This document shows, one piece after another, positions 13,379 through 51,458 of a stretch of 64,000 bases of DNA. How positions within the stretch are numbered: the first letter of the stretch is position 1; each line of letters starts with the position of its first letter. Made by a program: the position numbers and the translations under genes. The DNA comes from Antedon mediterranea. Taxonomy: Eukaryota > Animalia > Echinodermata. The DNA lies in NCBI RefSeq assembly GCF_964355755.1, contig NC_092675.1, positions 20,990,912 to 21,054,911 on the forward strand, in the 5' to 3' direction. Under the pieces are notes generated by a model. That model saw nothing but the letters and a program-made list of their open reading frames with translations, did no database searches and had not been told where the DNA came from.

Positions 13379-14076
13379 GGGGTGGATTGCTATAAAACAG
13401 TCTTAACTGATGGTCTTAACTCCCCGATTAAAGCCGGCTTTATCAGATAGACGGTCTTAAGAAAACCACCCCTGTTAGACCATTATAAAACAGTCTTAGA
13501 TAAGACCGCGTGAAGTAACAAATTGAGGGCGTACTTTGCGCGTAGAATACCAAATAAGGTAATATTCGTCACGCTTGTTCAATTCACAATCATAACAGTA
13601 CGTACATTTCTACGCAAGAAAATCTATTCTAGGCCTATATAAGAATAAAATCACCGTTATTATTTGATTTAACAATTAGTTGTCTTTAACGATAAATAAT
13701 ACGTAAAAGCAACAAAAAGAGAGGTTTAAGACTGTTTTAAGACTCGTTTTCGAGTAGGCTTTAATTTTAAAGACCGCTAACAGGTTAGACTACGGTATAG
13801 CAATGGGCTATAAAGCGTGGTTCCCACTAGCGACGCAACACAAGGACGTAACGCAACGCAAGTGAATTGACCAATTACAAGCGATGGTTTATTCGCTTGT
13901 GATTGCTAACTGTCTATAACTCCGCTTGTCATTGGTTAAAACGTGCGTTGCGTTTACGTCCTTGCGTTACGTCCTAGTGGGAACCAAGCTTAGTATAAGA
14001 CTATACTTGCTACGTCACGAATTATAGCCGGCTAAGCGCTAAGACCGTTTATAGACCGCTTATAGCAATCCGCCCC
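13379..14076. mobile_element. Harbinger-like non-autonomous element, copy 1 (with nested MITE)
   Basis: TIRs GGGGTGGATTGCTATAA...TTATAGCAATCCGCCCC. A highly similar second copy is at 33506-34035. Confidence 0.8.
13814..13990. mobile_element. Harbinger-like MITE of about 175 bp
   Basis: TIRs AGCGTGGTTCCCACTAG...CTAGTGGGAACCAAGCT, flanked by TAA/TAG. It is absent from the sister copy of the host element. Confidence 0.8.
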
Positions 14077-14325
14077 GGTACATAAGCATGGCAAAAGTTT
14101 TAAAAAGGTCTGTTAAAGAATATCTTTTATTAATGTATAGGCTACGTCAGATGGTAACCTAATTAATTAAGATATTGTATTCTATATTTTTCCCATTTAT
14201 ATAATGTACGTAAAGATTAAGTGTTGTATTATTATTATTTGTATAATGTAAAGAGGGACTACAGCGAGAAGCCCATTGGGCCTTTTGTAGTCTCTCGACT
14301 ATTATACAGATATTGACTGCTTAGA

Positions 14326-15260
14326 GGTTAAATATAAGATTTGACATCCCCGAGGGAATGATATTAAGTTCGAGGGAATATATATTTCCCGAAGCGCCAG
14401 CTGAGGGAAATATATATTCCCCGAGAACCTAATATCATTCCCGAGGGGATGTCAAATCATATATTTAACCGATATAAAAGGCAATATCTGTTATATTATA
14501 TAGCCAAGAACAAGTCTGCTGGGTTGGGTGAAGCTAGGCTAGCTACTAGGCCTCCTTATAGGCCTAGGCCTAGTATTTGTATTGTATTTAAAACAAGCCT
14601 GCCTAGACACCTTACCTTGCGAAGAATAATATACAGATAATAATTAATGATTCCTTGGCAATAAAATATTCACTTAGGCCTAGGTCGTATAAATTAACAG
14701 AAGAATTTCCATCAATAAGCCTATTAATAATAATATTATAATCAGGTAGGCCGAATAAACAATTCGTCGTCTTCTCGATCTTCGAGGAGCCGAATCACCG
14801 GATGTTCAGCGCGTACTAGTTACTAGGTTACTACCGTGAGTATTGACCAATCATAAACGGTGTTTCATCACATTTAGGGTGGACTTATAACAAATGAGGG
14901 CGCTATGTATGCATAGCTTAAATAGTTTAGAAGATTAATTTCTTCAAGCAAATTCCGTGGCCCAGCGGATGAAACGTTGTCTTGCGATGGAGTGACAATT
15001 CCACCCGAGTTCAAGATCGAGTAGATGACTTTTGTTTATTTATCGGCAACGCGAGTGTTGGCACACGAAAATTACACACTCAATATCATCGTACTCGAGA
15101 ATCTATATGTTTAATAACAGGGGACACGATAATTACGCGAAAATTACACAGTCAATATCATCGTTCTCGAGGATATATACGATTTACGATCCTCGCAGCG
15201 GTAGTCATGTGATGCAGTTTCAACCAATCACGTTAGCGTATTTACATAGGCTATGTAATA
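14326..15260. mobile_element. Non-autonomous element with a long terminal palindrome, possibly Crypton-like
   Basis: 145-bp near-perfect hairpin at 14326-14470, an internal direct repeat (about 15066-15175) and an AACCAATCA motif near the other end. The superfamily call is inference. Confidence 0.5.
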
Positions 15261-16014
15261 TATATATATATTATATGCCAACAATTGTTATAATATAATA
15301 TTTTTGGTCAATAAATGTTTCTCGAATTGAATTGAATTGAATTACTACTTGTGATAAGCAATAATACATAATTCAAGTCCCTTCTATGTTCATACCAGCA
15401 TCAAAACAGACAATTTCATGCCAATAAAAGACAATTGTAACAAGAAATATTTCTTAGATACTTTAAGTGTGAAGTATCATATTACAAACAAAAACTTTCA
15501 TGGACTGTTTTGATAATAATTCAATGATTATCTGACAGCGAAATACAGTATTGTCATGGGACTCATAAATACCAGAAATACAGCTGGTACCTATAAATTA
15601 TAGTCGAGTTTCCATTTTAGCAAAAATGTCAAAGTGTAGTACTATAACTGCTTCTTGATTTCATCTAATAAATGAGTCATCTCGTGTGACGTAGCGGGCA
15701 AGAGCAGCAGCGTGAAAATAATGTATTAATCAACATCTGTTTAACCGACTATTAGACAACAGTACTGTACTGTAATAATACAAGAAAACTTCATGGCCTA
15801 GGATATCTACATAAAACCGTTAAGAAACATTATAAAGAAAGTAGGCCTAGTATTACTAATTGACTGATTTAAAGAGTGAGATAAGAATATTTACGATTAT
15901 GATCAAAACAAAATCTTACCTTTCAGGATATGTGAATCGTTTCGGTATGAATGTTAGATAGAACAACATTACATTTCATAAAGGCTATCAGTATCAACGG
16001 GAACGGGAGAAAAA

Positions 16015-16037
16015 GGCGCATGCGCCACTTATAAAAG
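16015..16037. promoter_or_regulatory. NRF1-type palindrome with an adjacent TATA-like box
   Basis: GGCGCATGCGCC (16015-16026) followed by TTATAAAA, about 100 bp upstream of a minus-strand donor at 15919 and between two divergently oriented genes. Confidence 0.45.
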
Positions 16038-16858
16038 AGCCATAATTAAATCATTATTTTACGGTCTACATAAAATTGCCACAAAAGCTGTTATTCTCTG
16101 TTATTCTCTATAAAGGTAATGAAACTTCCACGTCTATTCTTTACTTTTGCATAGAGATATGATCTCTATTAACCTTATTAAAGCACAGACATAATAATAG
16201 CATGACATAAAGCATATATAATATGCTTTATGCTTTATGCTTTTATTATATATATACCTTTTTTACAAATTCACAATATAAACACCTCAATTTAACAATA
16301 ATCATGTATGCTCGTTACTAGTCAAATGTTATTTAAGACAAGTAAAATAATGAATGTTATTATACGGTTCGTGAAATGGTAAAAATAATTTCATTCGGTG
16401 AAAGATGAAATTGTATTTTCACCGAATGAAATTATTTGTACAATTCCACTCATTTATTTAGTTTACTATTACTTAGGCTTGTTAAATGAATGAACTTCGT
16501 GTGGGTAGAGCAATGGTACATTTTTTAATTTTTTTTATTTAATTTCATTGGTGATGTCATCATTCCCACGCGTATTTCTTAACGTGCGCGTACACCATAG
16601 GCCTTGGTAACGTTTTGTTGTTAATTAATTGTGTGTGTGCTGTGTGCATTCTACTCGTGTTCTAAATAAATAGACGCATGTTGTTACAAAGATAATAACT
16701 TATAATATATATATTCTTTGGTTGTTAGGAGAAGATTAAGTTAACTTATAAGTTCTTTGATTGAACATTGTTGTCATTTTTTTAAATATTTTTCCACTTA
16801 ATTAATTATGCTTAAGCAGTTGTATTAAGGGTATTTTAGGCCTTAGATAAGAAGAATC

Positions 16859-18291
16859 ATGATTGCGCCTGCAATAATTTTTATGGAACTTTCTAACGAA
16901 AAGTTTAGTCCACGAAAAGACGTCAGGTAAGTCTCACGGCCACAGAGTTTAGCCAAAGGTGCCTCTATTGTAGTAGGCCTAGGCCTAGGCCTAGTCCAGC
17001 CGTTGGCCCAAACTAGCCTTGGCTAGGCCTAGGGCCTATATAGGCCAATTGTAGATCTACCTAGGCCTAACTATTAGTTTGTTAAAGCCTACCTAGAATA
17101 AACAGTAAAAATAGCATAGGTGGGCTTTAGGCCTAGGTAATAGGCCTAGAGAAAAAAGTTACTAATTATCAATACTAGGCTAATTATGTTTATTGAATGT
17201 GTTTTAAAAGTTTTTTAAAAATACGCATTTTCAAGACCTGTCCTTCCATTCCATTGCAGACATTGCAGAATTTGATTTTTAGATAAAATATCCAATAGGT
17301 AGGCAGGCCTATTCCTAGACTGACGTCATATTATAGGCTAGGGCCTAGGCTTAATAAGGTTTTTAGGCCCTATATGGTTAGTGGTTGTCTATTCTTAGAG
17401 ATGTCAGAAGAGTCTTTTTTTTTTTTAAACCCTTAAAAACAGGTAGAAAAAGAAATAGGCTAGGCCTAGGCCTAATGTATTCTATCCTATCATGTCAAAC
17501 GGCAGTTATTGTAATCGTTGTTTATTTTGTTTATATGTCGGCCTAGCTAAGTGTTTATATTTGTTTTGTCTTGATAAAATATATTTATGTTAACAAATAT
17601 TCTTCACAGTCGAAGCTTTATAGATAAACTTGAACAGGAAATGTCGTTTGAAGCTAGGAAAGAGGAGTTGTGCAAAAAAACTGAAAAGAAGCGGGAGCGG
17701 CGAAAATCCGCTGGTGAGCCCAACAAAACATCAACGGAAAATGCCGCAGTAACGACAGAGCTTTTGCACAAACAAAATGAGTTAGAAAACGAAAAGAAAT
17801 TGTTACTGAATCAACTAAAAGATATCGATACAGAAAAAGAAAAGAATGAAAAGACGCTATCAATTCTTCAAGCAAAAAATGCTGATCTTGTTTGCGAAAA
17901 CGATATTCTTTGCGATCGTGTAGGCGATTTGATGATACAGAATAAAAATTTGCATACATTACAAAAAGAAAATACCGAATTGAGGCGGGAAAACCAAGAG
18001 TTGTCTTCTAGGGTAACGTCACTAAAGCGACTGAGTCGTTGCATTGACAGAGCCAATGATAAATTTCGCTCAGACATTTCAGAACTAAGAAGACGTCCTT
18101 CAGTAGCGGACTACCAGGCGGTCAACCAAACAATCAGAAGATTACGTTTTGTTTTGTTTTTACTACTAGTCAGTTTCTTTAGTATGCTCGCTCATCTAAG
18201 TGGTTTGTCTGGTTTATTGTCTACAGACAGTAGCATTGATAACAATGAATTCTGGTCGTCAATATTGAACTTTTCTGAATACTTTCAGTGA
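16859..18291 (+). CDS. Uncharacterised coiled-coil protein with a C-terminal transmembrane helix, about 249 aa, two coding exons
   Basis: Exon 16859-16926 (MIAPAIIFMELSNEKFSPRKDV, donor AG|gtaagt, phase 2) joins in frame to 17610-18291 (acceptor ttcacag|T). It encodes a long E/K/L/N heptad-rich region, then RRLRFVLFLLLVSFFSMLAHL and a short tail. Confidence 0.72.
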
Positions 18292-18776
18292 AGGAATGTT
18301 ATTTGTTAGTTAGAGATAGTAACTTAGCCAATTGTGATAACTCTGAAAACGAACGATTTAAATATAACGTTTAATTTTAACACTACGAATAGTAAATACA
18401 ATTATATAGATAAACATATAAATGGTTGTCTGTTTCATTTTAGCGCACGGTCTTTCGGTTAGTCCCGTGTGCAACATAACACGGCTCATGTGCATGTTAA
18501 AGAACGCAGTACACTCTTCGAAAGAGTAGGAGATCGTCTCCCGGTACTGCCCAATTCACGACCAGAAGGACCAACAAGTCTACGAACTAAGGGGACTATC
18601 CTTGGTGTGTGTAACACAAAACAAACAAACCAGACGCCCATCTTCATCTATTCCTCCTTTCTACACCAACAAATTTTCAAAACGTTCGAAAAAGTCGAAG
18701 ATAGTCAGGTCTCGGGTCCATTCTATTGTCGTCACAGATTGACTTCTTCATCAGTACTTCTAAGAATGGATGATTA

Positions 18777-18946
18777 AGCGTGGTTCCCATTAGCGACGCA
18801 ACACAAGGACGTAACGCAACGCAAGTGAATTGACCAATCACAAGCGATGGCTTATTCGCTTGTGAATGACAATCGAAGTTATAGACAGTTAAAACGCTTG
18901 CGTTGCGTTTACGTCCTTTGCGTTACGTTCTAGTGGGAATCAAGCT
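18777..18946. mobile_element. Second copy of the 175-bp Harbinger-like MITE
   Basis: Same TIRs as 13814-13990, TTA TSD. An uninterrupted version of the flanking repeat is at about 3555-3625. Confidence 0.8.
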
Positions 18947-20142
18947 TTAGTTGGGAACACGAACGCTAGTTGATCATACCCAGTACCGTTTTGATCGTGC
19001 GCCATTCGGGGAACCACCTTTCGAAGTATTGATAATGCACTTTAAATTATACGATAAACCGTCTCAGTGGACCAGATTATTCACACTTTGTCTTTCTACG
19101 ACATGGGCTGAGATGGACCTGTAGGCCTACACATGAGCAACCTTATATTTTCAAAAAGATGCACTGGTCTCTTTAAAGTACACACTCTAGTTTTAAGTAC
19201 TTATATTTAAGTCAAGAAGACTTGTCCACCAACATGGTTGAGGAGAGCCTTTAAACTGTGCCAATTGTGTGGCTACGGGATCCTTGCGCTCGGCCACTTG
19301 ATTTGACATCCATTATGTCTATTGAGCGTGACTTAACAGAAGACACAACAACTACAATTTAGATCATTGTCAGCATAGAAAGAATTTATTCTCATTCTTA
19401 TTAATAATAGAATAATTTGAATATTTAGTCATGATTCTATTGCAAGTATAAACAATTTTATTCAAAATAATTATATTATCTACCTTATTGTGTACAATTA
19501 GTAAAATTGTTCTCATAGCTTCTCACATAATGCATGCATCCCTACTAAACAATGGAATGATCCTATCTCATATACTGTAATTTCAGTCACATGAATAATT
19601 ATGGTCCAGAGAAATATTAAATTTCGTCCAAAATTATGAATACTTCCAATAAAATTAATAAAAATACAATGATGATGTAAAAAAAGTTAATTAAAATAGA
19701 ATAAAAATACACCAAATTTATTGCTAAAATGAATTCATCAGAATTAGGATAATTAGTACACAAAATATTCATCTCTTTTCATATCAATGCATAAGGCATC
19801 AGAATCAGCACCTATTATTATAACAAGTTTATACTGTTTAAATCATTAAAATAGATTTTTTATAAATACAGAATTACATCATTAGAAGAATTTCAAAGCA
19901 CATTCGACAATTAATAATACAATTGTCATAATTAATAATACAATTGTTATATAGGAAAAATTTTGGAAGGTGTGTTAAAGTTATATAAATGAATTTGAAA
20001 TTAACCTAAAAACACTTGAATAAAAGAAATGAATATTTGTGTTAACACAACAAAAATGAGAGGAATAATTTGAGAAACTATATAGGATTTAAAATTTAAT
20101 CTATTAGAATTCCAATTAAAATAGTTTAGTTGGTTAGATAAC

Positions 20143-46447
<26,305 letters not shown>

Positions 46448-46864
46448 AACTATTATAAATAAAACTGTAAACCAATTCCGCGAATTTACAATTTGTAATA
46501 TGATGCTAGGCCTGTCGCTTTGCTTGTTATCAAGTTGTTATTTTTTGACAGCTTGCGGTATGACACGTCGCGGTGGTCGTCGTGGTATGAAAAATTGCGC
46601 CCTCAATAATTAACTCCAAACACGGTGTGATGATGATGATCAGCATTCTGTAAGGGGCGGGTTTCCCGCTGAATGAGTATGAATAAAATAAAATAAAATA
46701 ATGTTGTACGTTCGGGAAATGGTACAGGTAATTATGACAATTAATATGCTTGCAATTTTAATTCATTTGAATTGGTTGCCCAATAAATTATTAATGTGTC
46801 AATCTTATTTTTTGATGTAAAACAACATCAATGGCCATAAATTAATTCACATTATTATCTGTTC

Positions 46865-46900
46865 TTCCAAAACGACACCAATATTTGTCGAATGATGCAT
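46865..46900 (+). promoter_or_regulatory. Putative proximal sequence element (PSE) of the U4 genes
   Basis: TCCAAAAYGACACCAATATTTGTCGAGTGA-like block conserved at about -70 to -40 in all six full copies, while the surrounding spacer diverges. Confidence 0.65.
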
Positions 46901-46934
46901 ACCATAAATACCTTACATTTATGCTAAGTAGGCT

Positions 46935-47073
46935 ATCTTTGCGCAGAGGCGATATCATAGCCAATGAGGTTTCCGAGGCGTGATTATTGCTAGTTGAAAA
47001 CTTATCCCAATACCCCGCACAAGAGACGTGAAATATCGTCACTTGATGCAATTTGTGAACGTTCTACGGAGCG
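46935..47073 (+). ncRNA. RNU4: U4 spliceosomal snRNA, copy 1 (divergent variant)
   Basis: AUCUUUGCGCAGAGGC (U6 stem II), GCCAAUGAGG..CCGAGGC kink-turn, UGCUAGUUGAAAACUU (stem I), CCCAAUACCCCGC, Sm site AAUUUGUG and terminal hairpin CGUUC-UACG-GAGCG. Confidence 0.93.
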
Positions 47074-47739
47074 AAAATTTTAAATAAAAACAGATTTTAT
47101 CATAACAACGTTGCAGTTTTCTATACCTAGAAGTGATGCTTTTCCACAGTATTTGAGTTTCTTTGACTTTGAGGGTGAGACATTGGCTAGTTTTCAACTT
47201 TCGATGAAAATATTGGTGTCGTTTGCATACAGTAATTTAGATATCTGCAAATAAATTCAATAACATTTACATGAAATATGGAAATTGTATTACACATATG
47301 AGTGAAGAAACAATTGTTCTAGAATAATAACATCAAGTAGTAACATTACATAGTAACTGGCTTGTATCACTATATTTATCGATCACTGGTTCTTAATCGT
47401 AGATTATTTTATCTTAGGCCTAACTGTTTTTGGAAAACGATGAAGATCATGTAAACAGTACAGATCTACTAGGTGGAAACCTCAAAGCAACTAAAATGAC
47501 CAAATACGGAAGGACATTTCAGACCTGTCGTATAACATTTGAAATCGCGATTATCTAAATTGGCAGAAAACTTATATGGTCACCAAATATGCGTGTCTTT
47601 CTTTTTTTATTTTACATTTTCGATTAATTCACTACCTGAATGAGTTGTCTCCAAAACAACATGAGAGAAGTCGCACATATTACACTTTTCAGAACTACAG
47701 TATATATTTCTGACAAAATCTGTTTTTATTTAACATTTT

Positions 47740-47880
47740 CGTTCGTTAAAACGGTCACAAATTGCATCAAGTGACGATATTTCACGTCTCTTGTGCGGGG
47801 TATTGGGATAAGTTTTCAACTAGCAATAATCACGCCTCGGATAAACCTCATTGGCTATGATATCGCCTCTGCGCAAAGAT
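47740..47880 (-). ncRNA. RNU4: U4 snRNA, copy 2
   Basis: 141 nt with all U4 elements, a PSE upstream and a conserved AAATAAAAACAGATTT 3' flank. Confidence 0.95.
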
Positions 47881-48527
47881 AACCTCCTTAGCATAATTGT
47901 AATGTATTTATGGTGTACATCACTCGACAAATATTGGTGTCATTTTGGAAGAACACGTGATAATCTGTATCAAATTCTATAATTTGGTAGATTAATATTT
48001 TACATAAGTTATAGACATGTTGCTGCTTCACACTCATTCAAAATACAAGTATATTTAGTAATCGGCCGCCAGTGTATCAGATCTCGATTACTCGTTAAGC
48101 AGTGTTGTTCCGTGTTTGGAAAACAGGACATCATCACAACTAACAGGTGTTCTCGAAAAGATCTCAAATTCGCAGCAACTCCGAAAGTCCACATATGGAA
48201 GAATATGTGTCCTAAATGACCTTTGGAATGGAACAGATGTCATTATAATCCTCTAAATTGACAGCAGCCCAAGTTACAAATTACAGACATCATCAAGCGC
48301 AGCTCTTAAGGAAATTCACCCTTAAAAGTCGTAGCAACAAAGAATTGGAAAACATATGGAAATTAGACATTTCTGCAAGATCATGGAACATAAATTATGA
48401 TATAGGCCTACGTGATAGCAAACTTGTTTTGACCATCACTACACTATAGGCCTATTCAAAGATAGTGACACTATATTGCTATATAGGCTAAGTACTTTTA
48501 CATTATTCTGTATTTGTTTTACATTTT

Positions 48528-48668
48528 CGTTCCTTAGAACGTTCACAAATTGCATCAAGTGACGATATTTCACGTCTCTTGTGCGGGGTATTGGGATAAG
48601 TTTTCAACTAGCAATAATCACGCTTCGGATAAACCTCATTGGCTATGATATCGCCTCTGCGCAAAGAT
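48528..48668 (-). ncRNA. RNU4: U4 snRNA, copy 3
   Basis: 141 nt, with one G>A change next to the kink-turn (CCGAAGC instead of CCGAGGC). Confidence 0.93.
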
Positions 48669-49123
48669 AACGTACTTAGCATAATTGTAAGGTATTTATC
48701 GTATACATGTACTCGACAAATATTGGTGTCGTTTTGGAGGTACACTAAATAATGCATACAATTCGATTTCCTCAACTAAATCTGGGTAGATATGAGTATT
48801 GTTCCACAATTCATCAAAATACGAGTAAAGAAAGAGTACTTCAAAATGAGGCCTACCAATCTGCTGGCTTGTATCACTAGATCTATCGAGTTACAGTCTA
48901 TTAATTTTTTTTCCCTCATTAGCCTAGTGTTTGGAAAATTGGCATAAAAACAAGTTTCAATGAAACTCGCACTTGAGGTCGCAGCAACTCAGAATCACCA
49001 AATTTGGAAAAGCTTGTTTATCATAGGATCTTTAAAAATGGAACTGATATAATAATCTTTTAGACTTACAGCAACAGTACATGGCAAGTGTTACTGAAAA
49101 AATCTGTTTTTATTTTAAATTTT

Positions 49124-49173
49124 CGTTCCTTAGAACGTTCACCAATTGCATCAAATGACGATATTTCACGTCT
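49124..49173 (-). pseudogene. Truncated U4 copy (3' 50 nt only)
   Basis: Only the 3' hairpins remain. The Sm site is mutated to AAUUGGUG and the fragment is joined directly to an ATACATCACT promoter-proximal piece. Confidence 0.85.
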
Positions 49174-49262
49174 ATACATCACTTGATACAAAGATAGTTA
49201 CACTATCTTTGCTATATAAGATAAATACTTTTACATTATTATGTTTTTGTTAGTTACATTTT

Positions 49263-49403
49263 CGTTCCTTAGAACGTTCACAAATTGCATCAAGTGACGA
49301 TATTTCACATCTCTTGTGCGGGGTATTGGGATAAGTTTTCAACTAGCAATAACCACGCCTCGGATAAACCTCATTGGCTATGATATCGCCTCTGCGCAAA
49401 GAT
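49263..49403 (-). ncRNA. RNU4: U4 snRNA, copy 4
   Basis: 141 nt, with two substitutions that both give G-U wobble pairs in stems. Confidence 0.94.
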
Positions 49404-49910
49404 GACCTACTTACAATAAGTGTAATGTATTTATCGTATACATCACTCGACAGATATTGGTGTCGTTTTGGAGGTACACTAAATAATGCATACAATTCGA
49501 ATGTATTACAATTTCTTCAACTAAATCTAGGTAAATATGGGTGTTGTTCCACAATTCATCAAAATACGAGTAAAGAAAGAGTACTTTAAAATGAGGCCTA
49601 CCAATCTGTTGGCTTGTATCACTAGATCTATCGATTTACAGACTATTAATTGTTGTTTTCTCTCATTAACTGTGTTTGTTTGGAAAATGAGCATAAAACA
49701 AGTTTCAGGGAAACTCGCACTCGATGTAGCAGCAACTCAGAATCACCAAATATGGAAAAGCATGTTTATCATAGGGTCTTTGAAAATGGAACTGATATAA
49801 TAAATCCTCTAATAAACTGACAGCAACAGCACATGACCAGTGTTACCGTCAATTCTAGAAAACAGCAAGAACCAATATTTTCGGATAAATTTGTTTTTAT
49901 TTTAAATTTT

Positions 49911-50051
49911 CGTTCCTTAGAACGTTCACAAATTGCATCAAGTGACGATATTTCACGTCTCTTGTGCGGGGTATTGGGATAAGTTTTCAACTAGCAATAA
50001 TCACGCCTCGGATAAACCTCATTGGCTATGATATCGCCTCTGCGCAAAGTT
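49911..50051 (-). ncRNA. RNU4: U4 snRNA, copy 5
   Basis: 141 nt, starts AACUUUGCGC, otherwise matches the cluster consensus. Confidence 0.95.
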
Positions 50052-50553
50052 AATACTTATCAAAAATATAAGGTATTTATGGTATGCATCACTCAACAAA
50101 TATTGGTGTCGTTTTGGAAGTACACTAAATTATGCATACTATTCCAATGAATTACAATTTCCTCAATTAAATCTGGGTAGATATGAGTGTTGTTCCACAA
50201 TTCATCAAAATACGAGTAAAGAAAGAGTACTTCAAAATAAGGCCTACCAATCTGTTGGCTTGTATCACTGGACTATCGATTTACAGATTATTAATTGTTC
50301 TTTTCCCTCATTAACTATATTTGTTGGGAAAATTAGCATAAAAACAATTTCAAGGAAACTCGCACTCGATGTAGCAGCAACTCAGAATCACCAAATATGG
50401 AAAAGCATGTTTATCATAGGGTTTTTGAAAATGGAACTGATATAATAAATCCTCTAAACTGACAGCAACAGTACATGACCAGTTTTACCGTCAATTCTAG
50501 AAAACAGCAACGACAAATGTTTTTCTGATAAAACTGTTTTTATTTAAAATTTT

Positions 50554-50694
50554 CGTTCCTTAGAACGTTCACAAATTGCATCAAGGGACGATATTTCACG
50601 TCTCTTGTGCGGGGTATTGGGATAAGTTTTCAACTAGCAATAATCACGCCTCGGATAAACCTCATTGGCTATGATATCGCCTCTGCGCAAAGAT
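50554..50694 (-). ncRNA. RNU4: U4 snRNA, copy 6
   Basis: 141 nt, with one substitution at a mismatch position of the central hairpin. Confidence 0.95.
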
Positions 50695-50966
50695 AACCAA
50701 CTTATCATAATTGTAATGTATTTATGGTATACATCACTCGACAAATATTGGTTTCATTTTGGAAAGATATACACCCGCACATATTAATATTAACTATTTC
50801 AAAACTTATACAATTTAATATTAAATAAATATATACAAATGAGAGGTTATGCTGTATCTTTAAACATTATTATATATTATATTATTAAAAATTCGTTAAA
50901 TTGGTAATGTTGTGTAGCCAATCGATGGAAAGCCCCTGGAAAGTATTATTGTTCTTTGTAGATTCA

Positions 50967-51458
50967 ATAGCACAAAGGGAGACTTCTTCAACGTAGGCCC
51001 CACCCAAATATACACCTACTACCAATGATAGCACAAAGGGAGACTTCTTCAACGTAGGCCCCACCCAAATATACACCTACTACCAATGATAGCACAAAGG
51101 GAGACTTCTTCAACGTAGGCCCCACCCAAATATACACCTACTACCAATGATAGCACAAAGGGAGACTTCTTCAACGTAGGCCCCACCCAAATATACACCT
51201 ACTACCAATGATAGCACAAAGGGAGACTTCTTCAACGTAGGCCCCACCCAAATATACACCTACTACCAATGATAGCACACAGGGAGACTTCTTCAACGTA
51301 GGCCCCACCCAAATATACACCTACTACCAATGATAGCACAAAGGGAGACTTCTTCAACGTAGGCCCCACCCAAATATACACCTACTACCAATGATAGCAC
51401 AAAGGGAGACTTCTTCAACGTAGGCCCCACCCAAATATACACCTACTACCAATGATAG
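50967..51458. repeat. 61-bp minisatellite, 8 almost identical copies
   Basis: Unit ATAGCACAAAGGGAGACTTCTTCAACGTAGGCCCCACCCAAATATACACCTACTACCAATG at 50967, 51028, 51089 and onward. One substitution seen. Confidence 0.97.

Noticed and set aside
16975-17480. Dense TAGGCCTA/CTAG palindromic motifs as a specific repeat system
   Set aside because: The same low-complexity motif is scattered around every CpG-richer region and inside many MITEs here, with no regular period or boundaries.
18190-18291. KASH domain in the coiled-coil protein
   Set aside because: The tail length is similar, but there is no terminal PPPX motif or conserved cysteine.
46842-50445. Several similar short ORFs in the repeated region
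   Set aside because: They are incidental translations of U4 genes and their spacers.
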